NCBI GenBank assembly: GCA_038523235.1 | Contig: JBCBJQ010000001.1 | Coordinates: 96,001-160,000 of the forward strand | Origin: Cyanobacteria bacterium J06626_4 | GTDB lineage: Bacteria; Cyanobacteriota; Cyanobacteriia; Phormidesmidales; Phormidesmidaceae | DNA: 64,000 nucleotides | Reading direction: 5' to 3' | In this document: in pieces, positions 30,543 to 41,034 of the stretch | Position numbering within the stretch: the first letter of the stretch is position 1 | How the letters are laid out: each line of letters starts with the position of its first letter | Notes under the pieces: generated by a model | Told to the model about the DNA's origin: nothing | The model's database searches: none | The model's input: only the letters and a program-made list of their open reading frames with translations | Translations under genes and position numbers: made by a program

Positions 30543-31619
30543 TTAGCGGATGACCGTGCGCATCTGCTCAGCGTTAATCGGCTTCATAAAGTAGAGCCGC
30601 GCCAGCTGCCAGCCAATGGTAGCAACGTGGGGCAAGCGACGGAGGAACTTCAGCGGTTTGGGCTGTTGGCTTTGGCCAAGAACCACCATTGCGGCATTCG
30701 CAGCAACAGCCTGATCCAGCGCCTTAAAGAACTCAGGATGATCCACATTCAGAATGATTGGAAAAACGCGAGCGGCGCTTTCATTTGTGTTTCGAATGAC
30801 GTCAATATCGTAGGTGCGCGCATCTAGACCCAGCGTGGCATAGAAATCTTTTCCCTTCAAGTCGTTTAAGTACATGGTCGCAAATACCGACAGCAGGAAA
30901 AAGCGACACCATAGACGCGCTTTCCAATCATTCAAAAGCTGGGGCTGAGATTTCAGAAAAGCCGAGAAGAAGTCACCGTGGCGGTTTTCGTCCTGGCACC
31001 AGCTTTCAAAAAATTTGAAGATGGGATAGACGCGGTTTTCGGGATGCGACTCAAGATGACGATAAATCTTGATGTAGCGCCAGTAGCCAATCTTTTCTGA
31101 CAGGTAGGTGGCATACAGAACGAACTTAGGCTGAAAGAAGGTGTACTTCTTACTCTTGGTCAAAAAGCCCAGATCCAACTGCAAGTTGAAGTCCGACATC
31201 GCTTTGTTCAAAAAGCCAGCGTGACGAGCTTCATCGCGCGATATCAGGGTAAAGCACTCGGCAATGAACGGATTTTTATGCTTGAGGCGACGGCCCAACT
31301 CTTTATAGAGCAAAAATCCTGAGAATTCTGATGTGCAGGAGCGCTCTAAAAACTCAACGAGGAGTTTGCGAGTCTTTTCGTCCAGATCTTCCCAGGACTG
31401 ATCGAATTCTTCACCCCGAATGAAGTGATGGCGGTTATAGTCCGCCCGCAGTTCTTCTAGGATCGCTTGCATCTCTTCTTCGTTGACGGCGATATCCATC
31501 GCGGCCATCTTGTCAAAGTCAGTCGTATAGAAACGGGGGGTCAGGAGAGTATCCTTAGCGGGCGCTTTTACCCCAGGACGGGCTTCTGTTAATTCAGGCT
31601 TTTTAAGGGAATCTACCAT
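30543..31619 (-). CDS. acsF: Mg-protoporphyrin IX monomethyl ester oxidative cyclase (AcsF/CycI)
   Basis: [29 protein letters not shown], and the di-iron motifs DEARH and DENRH. Confidence 0.96.
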   Translation of the reverse strand: MVDSLKKPELTEARPGVKAPAKDTLLTPRFYTTDFDKMAAMDIAVNEEEMQAILEELRADYNRHHFIRGEEFDQSWEDLDEKTRKLLVEFLERSCTSEFSGFLLYKELGRRLKHKNPFIAECFTLISRDEARHAGFLNKAMSDFNLQLDLGFLTKSKKYTFFQPKFVLYATYLSEKIGYWRYIKIYRHLESHPENRVYPIFKFFESWCQDENRHGDFFSAFLKSQPQLLNDWKARLWCRFFLLSVFATMYLNDLKGKDFYATLGLDARTYDIDVIRNTNESAARVFPIILNVDHPEFFKALDQAVAANAAMVVLGQSQQPKPLKFLRRLPHVATIGWQLARLYFMKPINAEQMRTVIR

Positions 31620-32024
31620 GAGTCCTCTGATACAAGCTCGGTGCCAAAACCGACAACAATTTCACAGCAGTCAGTCAGTATAGATAAATGCTTATACTTT
31701 CCCCAAATAACTGTCGGGAAAGCGTTTTCGCTAACTGACGACGACTGAAACAACTGTCACATAGTCTATCAACTGTAGGGCGGTAGAACCCAGTCAGAGC
31801 TTTAAGAATTGCAACATATCGCAATCTGGCGTAAGCATCATCGAGCTTTGTATCGGGATGAAATTCACAGCAATGATTGAGGATTTTGGTCCCTTCATTC
31901 CTGAGGGCGATCGCTGCCCACAGACCGCCAAATGATTCACCGAGGAGCAGCGCTCTCATCTCAAACCGCGCGGTGCCGAACGTAAGCTGAGATCTCGTCA
32001 GGGCAGCCTGCGCCCGAAGTCAGG

Positions 32025-32858
32025 TTAGGGCGGCGATTCCGACAAGGATTCGAGGTGGCACAAAAACTGAATTAGTTCTTCTTCTGATAGTTCGTGGCGC
32101 GATCGCTTGTCGTAAGTTTTTTCTAAATAGTCGCGGCCCGTTTCCACCGACCAGCCCAAGCGACGCAGCTCAATATCGGTCTGAGCAATGACATCGGACA
32201 GATTGATTGGGGCGGGCAAAACAGCCGGATCAATCGGTTCCGTAGGGGCATCGGGCAAACCAGCAGCGGCGACATCAGGTGCATTCGCAGGCGGCGACTC
32301 GGTTTGAGGCATCGGTTGAGGCTCAGGCTGAGGCGCGATCGCGGCGGTGACGGTGACGGGGGCTTTCACCGTTGCAATAGATTCCGCCCCGTTCTTGGAT
32401 GACGGCACGGGAGATCGCGGTTTCGCGACCGGCGGAGACGGCTTTGGGGTTGGTGCCTCTGCCACCGGAATGGCCGGGACGGCGGGGAGATTGGGGGCAC
32501 TAATTATGGGCTGAATTGGACGGGAAGCTATGCTCGCCTCAGATATTGCCATCTCGTCGATGTCTTTGGGGGCCGCAGTTACAGGCAGCAACGGGGCCAC
32601 CTCGGGCAACGGGGCAGTCGGTTCAACAGTGCTAGCAGGGCTGCCCTGCTCCCAGCCAAGCGCCTGCAGGGCACGGGCACGAGCCCGGTCTTCAGCAACT
32701 TCAATATCGGCATGTGAGGATAGGCCAGTGGCGCGGCCCAACTCTGGGGCTTCGACAGTGACCTGCACCACAAACTGCTCGTTGTGCATCTGCAAAACGT
32801 CACTACAAATGGATGCAGTTGGGTGGCGATCGCGAAATTCTTTGAGAGACTCAGCCAT
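32025..32858 (-). CDS. Hypothetical protein: Rad52/SSAP-like N-terminal domain, Pro-rich linker, small helical C-terminal domain
   Basis: EFRDRHPTASI...RATGLS...EVAEDRARARALQALG; PAPK-rich linker; DIELRRLGW...YLEKTY.KRSR..L.EEEL..FL. Confidence 0.7.
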   Translation of the reverse strand: MAESLKEFRDRHPTASICSDVLQMHNEQFVVQVTVEAPELGRATGLSSHADIEVAEDRARARALQALGWEQGSPASTVEPTAPLPEVAPLLPVTAAPKDIDEMAISEASIASRPIQPIISAPNLPAVPAIPVAEAPTPKPSPPVAKPRSPVPSSKNGAESIATVKAPVTVTAAIAPQPEPQPMPQTESPPANAPDVAAAGLPDAPTEPIDPAVLPAPINLSDVIAQTDIELRRLGWSVETGRDYLEKTYDKRSRHELSEEELIQFLCHLESLSESPP

Positions 32859-33028
32859 ACCCACCTTCGACGTCTCGCCCCTCGAAGTGATTCTCCGGGT
32901 AATCGACGCCCCAATTGATTGTTTAGACGTGCAAAAGCGCTCTACAGATTTTACTGCGTCCGTGAGACTTCACGACCGGCCAGCATCCAGAGAGTTAAAG
33001 GGATTGATAAAGCTGCTAAAAAGCTGGC

Positions 33029-33370
33029 CTAACCGGCCTGCGGATGGCGCGGATTAGTCACCACCAGATTGAACTGCCAGCCTGGCAGAGAATTGACCTT
33101 CTCGGTCAGTCGGCGCAAATCTGCCGACCCGTTCAGCGTCAGATTTTCTCGTGATCGCACGTCAGCCACGACGGTATCGGCTTCGCCTCTGGCAATCAAA
33201 CCCAGGGTACAGCCCTGCAAAACCTCAGGCAGCGCTTCATCCTGCGGATAAAGCAGCACCTCATAGCCCGCGCGATCGTATTCACGAGCGAGGCGCAACA
33301 GACGCCGATGTTCTAAGGGAGTTTTAACAGGTCGACTCTTCATGACGACAGGATTGCTCTTAGTTGACAC
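33029..33370 (-). CDS. REase_AHJR-like (PD-(D/E)xK fold) small protein
   Basis: LAREYDRAGYEV...LGLIARGEADTVVADVRS...PGWQFNLVV. Overlaps the upstream ORF by 11 nt. Confidence 0.6.
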   Translation of the reverse strand: MSTKSNPVVMKSRPVKTPLEHRRLLRLAREYDRAGYEVLLYPQDEALPEVLQGCTLGLIARGEADTVVADVRSRENLTLNGSADLRRLTEKVNSLPGWQFNLVVTNPRHPQAG

Positions 33371-33779
33371 TTTCAGGATTTCGTAGGAGGTCTACCTTAA
33401 CATGCAAAAACTCTTCGCCTTTGCAAAACCCCTCGGCTAGGGCGATCGACATGCCCTTGACACGAAAGGAACCGTTGAGGTTGCGCCGACGATTATCGAG
33501 CTCAGCGATTTGATAATCGTCCTGATAAATGACCCCGTTGAGAGCGTCCAACACGGGTTTGATGATCCGCTCGCTGTCTAAATCTTGACCTACATTGCCC
33601 GGAAGCGCATCGTAAAAATGGGTGATCTTTACGTAAAGTTTATCTGCCAACGGCAAACGATCGCCCCAGAAATGCTGAGCCGTTATTCGCACGTGCTCTC
33701 GCCAAGCCTTAAGCGCCTTTTTATCCTTCGCTCGGTGAGGTACCGGTTTACCAATAATGATGAAATCGAAAGGCAGCAC
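33360..33779 (-). CDS. RusA family crossover junction endodeoxyribonuclease-like protein
   Basis: FDFIIIGKPV...W...V, DLDSERIIKPVLDALNGVIYQDDYQI. GTG start at 33779 is inferred. Confidence 0.75.
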   Translation of the reverse strand: MLPFDFIIIGKPVPHRAKDKKALKAWREHVRITAQHFWGDRLPLADKLYVKITHFYDALPGNVGQDLDSERIIKPVLDALNGVIYQDDYQIAELDNRRRNLNGSFRVKGMSIALAEGFCKGEEFLHVKVDLLRNPESVN

Positions 33780-33971
33780 GAGCCGAGTCCTGATGGTCGT
33801 TACCAATAGTGCAAGCGTGGATCTTCCCTGACACCTCCCACCCATCCAAACCTCAGATGCACGAGAGCCGGTTTCTGTCAAGCCTTTTCTCAATCATAGT
33901 TTAGAAAAGGGCGATCGTGGGGGTGATCAAAGGCACCATCAGTCGTTTCAGGCGCTGTATAAAATAAACCG

Positions 33972-34769
33972 TCAGGCGGCCACCTTACTCGGCGCTAAGG
34001 TCAACACTTCAACGCCGTCTTCTGTGACCGCGATGGTGTGCTCAAACTGGGCCGAGAGTTTGCGATCAGCCGTCAGCGCTGTCCAGCCGTCAGCCAAAAC
34101 CTCGACTTCGTATGTGCCGATGTTAATCATCGGCTCGATGGTAAACACCATGCCCTTGCGAAACTTTTTACCCTTGCCCGCCACGCCATAGTGAGGAATC
34201 TGAGGCGCGGTGTGGAAGATGCGATGCACGCCGTGACCGACAAAATCCCGCACCACCGAGAACCCTTCGCCCTCGGCATAGGCTTGAATCGCTGCCCCAA
34301 TGTCACCGACACGAGCACCGGGCTTGACGGCTTGAATGCCCCGCCACATGCATTCTTCTGTGACTTCAACCAGCTTCTGCGCGAGCGGAGACGGGGTGCC
34401 CACCATAAACGTGCGTGAGGTGTCGCCGTGGTAACCATCGACAACCGGCGTGACATCAACGTTGATGATGTCGCCATCACGCAGTATCTGATCAGCACTA
34501 GGAATGCCGTGGCAGACGACTTCGTTGACACTGGTGCAGAGGGATTTAGGAAAAGGGTCAACAGCGCCGGGATACCCTAAAGGGGCACTTTTCGCGCCGT
34601 GTTCTTGGGTCCAAGCCTCGGCAGCGTCATTGATTTCTAACGTGCTGACACCGGGCTTGATTAGCGGCTCTAGATAATCTAAAAGTCGAGCGGCAAGGCT
34701 GCCCGCCTGACGCATTTTGTCTAGTTCTCGACGCGATAGCAGCGTGATGACCTCTTGCTGTTCCACCAT
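33972..34769 (-). CDS. map: Type I methionine aminopeptidase
   Basis: CTSVNEVVCHGIP, DVT..DGYHGD, GHGVH, FTIEPMIN and SAQFEHT. Confidence 0.96.
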   Translation of the reverse strand: MVEQQEVITLLSRRELDKMRQAGSLAARLLDYLEPLIKPGVSTLEINDAAEAWTQEHGAKSAPLGYPGAVDPFPKSLCTSVNEVVCHGIPSADQILRDGDIINVDVTPVVDGYHGDTSRTFMVGTPSPLAQKLVEVTEECMWRGIQAVKPGARVGDIGAAIQAYAEGEGFSVVRDFVGHGVHRIFHTAPQIPHYGVAGKGKKFRKGMVFTIEPMINIGTYEVEVLADGWTALTADRKLSAQFEHTIAVTEDGVEVLTLAPSKVAA

Positions 34770-34903
34770 GCTTAAATTGGGATGTATTGATAACGAAACT
34801 GTTTACTACTGTAACGCTGCAGGGCAGCAAGCGGTAGCCCATCATCTTGACAGGCGAAGGGAATTAGCTACCCTACAGATAATCTAAGTCGGCTGCCGTT
34901 AAT

Positions 34904-35257
34904 ATGCATCTCTGGTTACTGTGCTGTGTTTTTCTGTTTTTAGCGTCACAGGGTTTTGAGTGGTTCTGTCATCAAGCTTGGTTTATGGCACCCGAGTTAG
35001 CCTTACCTTGGGTGGTGCTCGGTGGCATCGGGTTAGCGATCGCCTCAAATCGTGCCACCTTTGCGCCGCTCCTATCACCGCCGCGTCGCCCCGCCGCGTC
35101 GTCCGTCACGCCGTCAACCGCGAGTCGTCCTGCAGCCGGGCCGCCACCGCCCACCGCCCCCAAAGCGGTCGTCGCGCAGCCAACTGACCATCCCCCGAAA
35201 TCTCAATCGGTCTCATTCAAAATTTCGAGGAAACCCATTTCCTCAGAGTCTTCCTGA
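34904..35257 (+). CDS. Small membrane hypothetical protein
   Basis: Two hydrophobic segments ending GGIGLAIASN, a Pro-rich tail, and C-terminal SVSFKI. Confidence 0.65.
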   Translation: MHLWLLCCVFLFLASQGFEWFCHQAWFMAPELALPWVVLGGIGLAIASNRATFAPLLSPPRRPAASSVTPSTASRPAAGPPPPTAPKAVVAQPTDHPPKSQSVSFKISRKPISSESS

Positions 35258-35340
35258 TGAGAGCTATCTTTGGAGTGATAGTGTGTTTGGGAAATCTCGG
35301 CAGCCAAGCCGAACTGTGACAGTGGGGCAGGAAACTAGGG

Positions 35341-36264
35341 ATGTTGTCGATTCGCAATTTGAGCAAAACCTATCGAGGACGACAAGCCCTACAGGATCTG
35401 AGCTTAGACATTTTGCCCGGTGAGGTATACGGGCTTCTCGGGCCCAATGGCGCGGGCAAAACGACGACTATCAACCTGATCTGCGGGCTGTTGACAGCGG
35501 ATCACGGCGACGTGCTGATCAACGGTCAACCAGCAGGCGACAAAACGAAGCCCTGGGTCGGGGTAATGCCCCAAGAAAATCTGCTGTATCGCACCCTCAC
35601 CTGCCGAGAGAACCTAGCATTTTTTGCCAAGATTTATGGCTTATCCCACAAGGTGCGATCGCAGCGCATTCGAGATTGTTTAGCAGCGGTCAATTTGCTT
35701 GATCGGGCTCAGACGCCAGTCGAAAAGCTCAGTGGCGGCATGCGGCGACGGCTAAGTTTGGCGATCGCGATCGTCCATTACCCGAAGCTGCTGATTTTAG
35801 ATGAACCCACCACTGGGCTCGATATTGAAGCTCGCCATGAAGTGTGGGAACTGATTCGGCTGCTCAGCGACGAACAGGGCATGACGATTTTGCTGACGAC
35901 GCATCTACTGGATGAGGCCGAGCGCCTGTGTAAGCGCATCGGTGTGATCAAACAGGGCCAACTCCTCAAGACCGGGACGCTGCCTGAACTGCGCCAGTGT
36001 GTGCCCGCCAGCGAAATTGTTACGGTGGAAACCCCTGATCCTCAAGGGGCGATCGCTCGCGCCTTAGCATGTGGCTTTACCCCCCGCCGCTATGGCAACG
36101 ACCTGTCGTTCTGGATTCCTCAGGAGTTTGATCTCAAAGAGCTGATTGCGCAATTTGAGGGCGTGACGCTTGACGCGATTTCTCGCAGTCCGGTCAAGTT
36201 AGAGCATATTTATTTAGAAATCACGCAGAACAAAGCCCTCTTGCAGCCCGACCCCTCCCCCTAA
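35341..36264 (+). CDS. ABC-2 type exporter ATP-binding protein
   Basis: GPNGAGKTT, LSGGM, LLILDEPTTGLD and TTH. Confidence 0.92.
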   Translation: MLSIRNLSKTYRGRQALQDLSLDILPGEVYGLLGPNGAGKTTTINLICGLLTADHGDVLINGQPAGDKTKPWVGVMPQENLLYRTLTCRENLAFFAKIYGLSHKVRSQRIRDCLAAVNLLDRAQTPVEKLSGGMRRRLSLAIAIVHYPKLLILDEPTTGLDIEARHEVWELIRLLSDEQGMTILLTTHLLDEAERLCKRIGVIKQGQLLKTGTLPELRQCVPASEIVTVETPDPQGAIARALACGFTPRRYGNDLSFWIPQEFDLKELIAQFEGVTLDAISRSPVKLEHIYLEITQNKALLQPDPSP

Positions 36265-36418
36265 AACCGTGAACTCTGCCGAGATATCATCCGCGCAAGG
36301 GGAAGGCAAAGCCTCTCTACCGGCATGGTCTTTTCGGCTTTGGAACTGTGCCTTGTGATGGGAAAAGGTTGATACTATCGCCCTCTGCGGCTATGACATT
36401 AATTTTTTGAGCAACTTT

Positions 36419-37198
36419 CTAAACGTACCGGGTCAAACTCACTCGGTAACGTTCTTTTTTAGTGACCATGATGTCGCCAATTTCTAACCGGCCCTTACCG
36501 CGAATCGCCACCAGATCTCCCGCCTTTAAGGGATGACTGGCCTGTTTCATCGGCTTCCAGTTCACCCGCACATCACCAGTGTTAATCAGGGTCACCATCT
36601 TGCTGCGCGACATGCCAAAACCCGCCGAGGCAACCGCATCTAGCCGCAGTGAGGCTTCCACCGTGGTCATTTCTTTTTTCTTTGGGGCGCGGATGCGCAG
36701 TTCGCTCCACTCAATTTGTCGGGTTTGCACCGGCACCGATCGCACCTGGTTCAGGCTGGTTTCCAAAAACTCCACCAGTTCTGGCACGACGATCGCCTGG
36801 GCACCGCGTTCACCCAAAACGATAATGTCACCGACCTTATCGCGCACGATGCCAGTGCCTAGCAGCGAGCCCAAAAAGTCTCGATGGGTGGCCGTGTCGA
36901 ACAAAAAATTGCCGGCAATCGAGAGTAACGTCAGGGGTATCTCCGTCGGCTCTAGCGGAATTTCGGTGCGGGCGATCGCGGCGCGCTGCCGCTCGGCTTG
37001 GGGATAACCACCCCAGACTGTGAGATGCACTTCAGTCAACCGCTGAAAGATTTCCTGCGCCTCGGCGAGCTCTGGCGGTGATAAGAAATCAGTCGTGATT
37101 ACTTCCCAAGTGCGAATCGCTTGCTCAGCCTGATCTAACACTCGCGTCAGCGCCGCGAGATTATCGACTGATTTCAACAGGGCTTCCTTGGGCAACAT
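36419..37198 (-). CDS. Photosystem II S4-domain RNA-binding protein (YlmH/Sll1252 family)
   Basis: TDFLSPPE, HRDFLGSLLGTGIVRDKVGDI and ASLRLDAVASAGFGMSRSK...GKGRL. Confidence 0.9.
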   Translation of the reverse strand: MLPKEALLKSVDNLAALTRVLDQAEQAIRTWEVITTDFLSPPELAEAQEIFQRLTEVHLTVWGGYPQAERQRAAIARTEIPLEPTEIPLTLLSIAGNFLFDTATHRDFLGSLLGTGIVRDKVGDIIVLGERGAQAIVVPELVEFLETSLNQVRSVPVQTRQIEWSELRIRAPKKKEMTTVEASLRLDAVASAGFGMSRSKMVTLINTGDVRVNWKPMKQASHPLKAGDLVAIRGKGRLEIGDIMVTKKERYRVSLTRYV

Positions 37199-37372
37199 CG
37201 CGGGAACAAATACCAACTTGCAACGGGTTTTTCTCCTCCTCATTGTGTCGCTAATTGCTCAGATTCAACATTTTCTTGCGGCGATCGGTCGCTTGGGCCA
37301 CCGAGGAGAGCGGTAATATGAGAACAGAGCCCATCAAGCTCTACCCCGGTTGACGCAAGTTGCAGCGAGAGG

Positions 37373-37837
37373 ATGAGCCTCATGAAACGTTTTCGATTTC
37401 GATCACTCCTAGGATTGTTGTTCGCGGTCGTTTTAGTGGGCCTTATGGGCTGCGGCGGTTCTAACGTTGCCGTGCCGACGACCTACTCCAGTGAGCAAAT
37501 CGCTCAGCTGGATATCTACACGCCGCGAGTGGCCGAACTGCGCGATCGTTTTCCTGAGTTGGAGGGGTATCTGCAAAGTAAAGACTGGGTCAATATCAGC
37601 GCTTTTATCCACGGGCCCATGGGGGAGCTGCGCGCCAATCTAGGTCGGGTGACGGCGCGGTTGCTGCCCGCCGATGCGGAGCAGGCCCAGTTTTATGCCG
37701 CCGAGATTGGCACCCATCTCGAAAAGCTTGATGCCGCGGCCGCCGAGTACAACCAAATTGAAGCGGCCAAGCAATATCGTGAGGCGCTAGACGACTTTGA
37801 TGCCTTTTTGGCGCTTGTGCCTGAGCCGTCGGTATAG
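37373..37837 (+). CDS. psbQ: Photosystem II extrinsic lipoprotein CyanoQ
   Basis: Lipobox LMGC, PTTYSSEQI and DWVNISAFIHGPMGELR. Confidence 0.88.
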   Translation: MSLMKRFRFRSLLGLLFAVVLVGLMGCGGSNVAVPTTYSSEQIAQLDIYTPRVAELRDRFPELEGYLQSKDWVNISAFIHGPMGELRANLGRVTARLLPADAEQAQFYAAEIGTHLEKLDAAAAEYNQIEAAKQYREALDDFDAFLALVPEPSV

Positions 37838-37845
37838 GTGCCATT

Positions 37846-38979
37846 GTGCGGATAGTGATCATTGGCTGTGGGGTCGTTGGGGCCGCGATCGCCTACGAAC
37901 TCAGCCAAAACCCTCAATACTCGATCACCGTATTAGAAAAAACTATCCCCGCTCAGGGGGCCACCGGCGCGGCCCTGGGCATTGCCATGGGCGTGATCAG
38001 CCACAAGGTCAAAGGCCGCAACTGGCGCCTACGAGAAACTAGTCTGAAACGGTATCGTTCGCTTTTGCCAGAACTGGCTGCGGTCACTGGTCAGCCCGTG
38101 CCTCACAATACCCAGGGCATTTTGAGCCTGTGTTTTGAGGCGGCTGATTTGCCTCGATGGCAGTCACTGCAGGTGATTCGTCAGGGCCAGGGCTGGCCCT
38201 TAGAGATTTGGCCCCCGGCTGAGGTGGCTACGGCCTGTCCCCACCTCAGGCTAGACACCGTGGTGGCAGGCATCTACTCGCCCCAAGATCTACAAATTGC
38301 GCCCAAGGCCCTGACCGAGGCGCTGATCGCGGGAGCGCAGCAGCGGGGCGTCACCTTGCAGGTGGCGTCGCCGGTCGTCGGGTTTGAGCGGCAAGGCGAT
38401 CGCCTTGAGGCCGTGCGAACTGAGTCGGCCCGTTACGAAGCGGATTGGGTGATCGTGACGGCGGGCTTGGGTAGCGCCGACCTGATGCAGCAGTTGCCGG
38501 ATCTGGGAAAACCGCTGCCGCTGGTGCCGGTGTTGGGCCAAGGCATTCGCGTGCGATCGCCCCAGCCCCTGGGCTTGGCCACCTTTCAACCGGTGATCAA
38601 TGGCGATGATGTGCATCTGGTGCCGTTGGGCGAGCGTGAATACGGCGTTGCCGCCACAGTAGAGTTTCCCGAGGATGGCAGCGTCATGCCACGGCCCCAG
38701 GAAGCGGCCTTGGCCACCCTGTGGCAGCAAGCGATCGCCTATTGTCCCCCTTTGCAAGGGTGTGAAATTTTGGAGACCTGGTATGGTCTGAGGCCGCGAC
38801 CGCAGGGACAACCAGCGCCCGTAATCAAACTACTAGCGGCAGGGTCAAATGTAATTTTAGCGACCGGTCATTATCGCAATGGTGTACTGTTGGCCCCGGC
38901 AACGGCCCAAGCCGTCGTCGATTTACTCACCGCCGAGTCCAGTCATGGCCAGGGCTCGTCATCGACGGCCTCTAGCTAG
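37846..38979 (+). CDS. FAD-dependent oxidoreductase (glycine oxidase/DAO family)
   Basis: IIGCGVVG, ATGAALG, WYGLRPRP and LATGHYRNGVLLAPATA. Confidence 0.85.
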   Translation: MRIVIIGCGVVGAAIAYELSQNPQYSITVLEKTIPAQGATGAALGIAMGVISHKVKGRNWRLRETSLKRYRSLLPELAAVTGQPVPHNTQGILSLCFEAADLPRWQSLQVIRQGQGWPLEIWPPAEVATACPHLRLDTVVAGIYSPQDLQIAPKALTEALIAGAQQRGVTLQVASPVVGFERQGDRLEAVRTESARYEADWVIVTAGLGSADLMQQLPDLGKPLPLVPVLGQGIRVRSPQPLGLATFQPVINGDDVHLVPLGEREYGVAATVEFPEDGSVMPRPQEAALATLWQQAIAYCPPLQGCEILETWYGLRPRPQGQPAPVIKLLAAGSNVILATGHYRNGVLLAPATAQAVVDLLTAESSHGQGSSSTASS

Positions 38980-39626
38980 CACCGATGGCGGCGCAAAAGG
39001 TCGATCACGGTCTGGTCATCGACCGCTTCAAAATTGACGTACCACTGACTAATCGAGCCCAGATTCGGTGGCGTCGTCAGACAAACGGTGTGCTCCACCA
39101 AGCCTTGTAGCATGGCCAGACTCTCGGCAGCGGCCACGGGCACCGCCACGGTGAGCTGAACGGGATGGTAGGGCCGCAACGCGACAATCACAGCCTGCAG
39201 CGTCGCCCCTGTGGCCAGCCCGTCATCCACGAGAATCACGGGCTGATGCTTCAAGGCAGGCGGCGGGTGACCCGCCCGATACAGGTGATCGCGACGATGC
39301 AGTTCTTGCGTTTCCGCCTGAATGATGGCGTCTACTTGTGCCGGGGTGATTTCAAGGCGGCGAATCAGCGTTTTGTTGAGAATTTGCGTATCGGGCAGCG
39401 CAATCGCGCCCATCGCGAGCTCTGGCTGCGTCGGCACACCCAGCTTACGCACTGGCCAAATATCTAAGGGCCACCCCAACGCCTGAGCAATCACCGCGCC
39501 GACCGGCACGCCCCCGCGGGGCAGCGCGATCACCCAGCCGGGGCCTGCCCCAGCCACTGCTGAGAGCCGATGAGCCAGCAATTCTCCGGCTTGGCGGCGA
39601 TCGTAGAAGGTTGAAATCATGCACAC
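38976..39626 (-). CDS. Phosphoribosyltransferase family protein
   Basis: FYDRRQAG, ALPRGGVPV, RKLGVP..PELAMGA and VILVDDGLATGAT. Confidence 0.88.
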   Translation of the reverse strand: MCMISTFYDRRQAGELLAHRLSAVAGAGPGWVIALPRGGVPVGAVIAQALGWPLDIWPVRKLGVPTQPELAMGAIALPDTQILNKTLIRRLEITPAQVDAIIQAETQELHRRDHLYRAGHPPPALKHQPVILVDDGLATGATLQAVIVALRPYHPVQLTVAVPVAAAESLAMLQGLVEHTVCLTTPPNLGSISQWYVNFEAVDDQTVIDLLRRHRC

Positions 39627-39934
39627 CGCAAGGCGTTAAGTGCCGTCAGCCGTCAGCGGCTGGCAGGCCCACAGTCTAGCACTGCCGTTCAATGGCCCTG
39701 ACCAGCGGAAACTGACAGGGGGCACCAATCACCGCTGTGAACGTCGCACAGGCTAGAGCGTGTTTTTTTTGTATAGGACACGTTTTCTAGGGACTGTCAT
39801 CATAGAGGGCTAACGCCTCGTTGCCAGTCCTAGCGGCTGACAGAGGGTGGAGGACAAGCCTCACCCGCCAGCCTTTAGAAGCGAATTGATGATGCGCCTC
39901 AAAGTGGAAAAACGTGTCGATTCCAACTCGCGAA

Positions 39935-40285
39935 CTAAAAATCGCTGCCCACGCCGACCGAGGTCGACCCCATCGAATCAAAGACGGTGATACCCAGGGG
40001 CAGATCCAGCTCACCATTCTCGTCGACGATATCATCGAAAATGCCGATGTCTGATAGTCCAGACGAGTTGGATGAATTGGGAGCTTCAAAGGTATTGATT
40101 TCCTCAGCTGCCGATTGATAAAGGTTGGGATCAACCTCAACACTCATCCCGCGAGTCTCTAACGGGAGAAGCTGATTAGAAGCATCGCCAGGTTCTGCAG
40201 TATTGGCAGCAGCGGGCAACGCTACGACTAAGAAAGATAAGAGCGATGCCGCTGACAGTGCCTGGCCCAATCGTAAAATAGTCAT
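39935..40285 (-). CDS. Small secreted acidic hypothetical protein
   Basis: Signal peptide (LPAAA), acidic body, ends VGVGSDF. GAGG RBS upstream. Confidence 0.65.
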   Translation of the reverse strand: MTILRLGQALSAASLLSFLVVALPAAANTAEPGDASNQLLPLETRGMSVEVDPNLYQSAAEEINTFEAPNSSNSSGLSDIGIFDDIVDENGELDLPLGITVFDSMGSTSVGVGSDF

Positions 40286-41034
40286 TTGCTCACCTCGTGA
40301 GAAGAAGAAAAGAACATGACCGCCATCCTCGTCATGGGAAGGCAGAGGGTGATTGCTAATTTAAGCTCTTTGACCCCTTGACCACACCTGTCTTAGGTAT
40401 AGCTGATAGCGCTTTTGCCTGATTCAATCGTTGTCAAATCTTCGAAAATCCATCAGCAACTTAGGATCGGGGTACCTGCCTCGCGACCTATCCTCAATAT
40501 CTTCTAAAAAACGTAGAACTGCGTAGGTGGTTGCACGGCTTCTTCACGGTGTAAAGTGCCATCGTCTACGACTTTCTACTGCCGGTTTATCCGTCACTGC
40601 ATCTGCCACCCCGATCTCGGGGCATACTGAGGACAGGTTATCAAAGTGTCGCCTGCGGGCAATTAAGACGTTTTCGCCTCGCAATTTTAGACTAGGCGAT
40701 CGCGCTTTTGAGCAGTATCGCCCGACCGATATCGTCCCTGGCGAAACCATTGATGACTATGCCGCGTCATGATCCGTAGAAACCCCTGACCAAAAGCATA
40801 ATTAACGACCTCAAAAAACTCAGTACTGAGCTGCTGATTCGGCGAACAGAATGAGTAACGAGGTGGCTCGACTGCTGACAACATTGAGCGTCAATAAAAG
40901 CGATATGGATGTTGATGCGATGCCTTTATCAAAGTGTGTCATGACGACAAAGTAAGGATGCTGAAGTCCGTGAAATCCAGGGTTAGAGTGCCGCTACCAG
41001 GTTGTTTTTGTCGAAAAGTGCGATCGCTGGAGTA

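Noticed and set aside
31808..31825. ATTGC-N8-GCAAT palindrome upstream of acsF
   Set aside because: Short 5-bp arms, single instance, and no regulator I can assign.
35341..36264. ABC ATPase with no adjacent permease as a novel system
   Set aside because: Scattered ABC subunits are common in cyanobacterial genomes.
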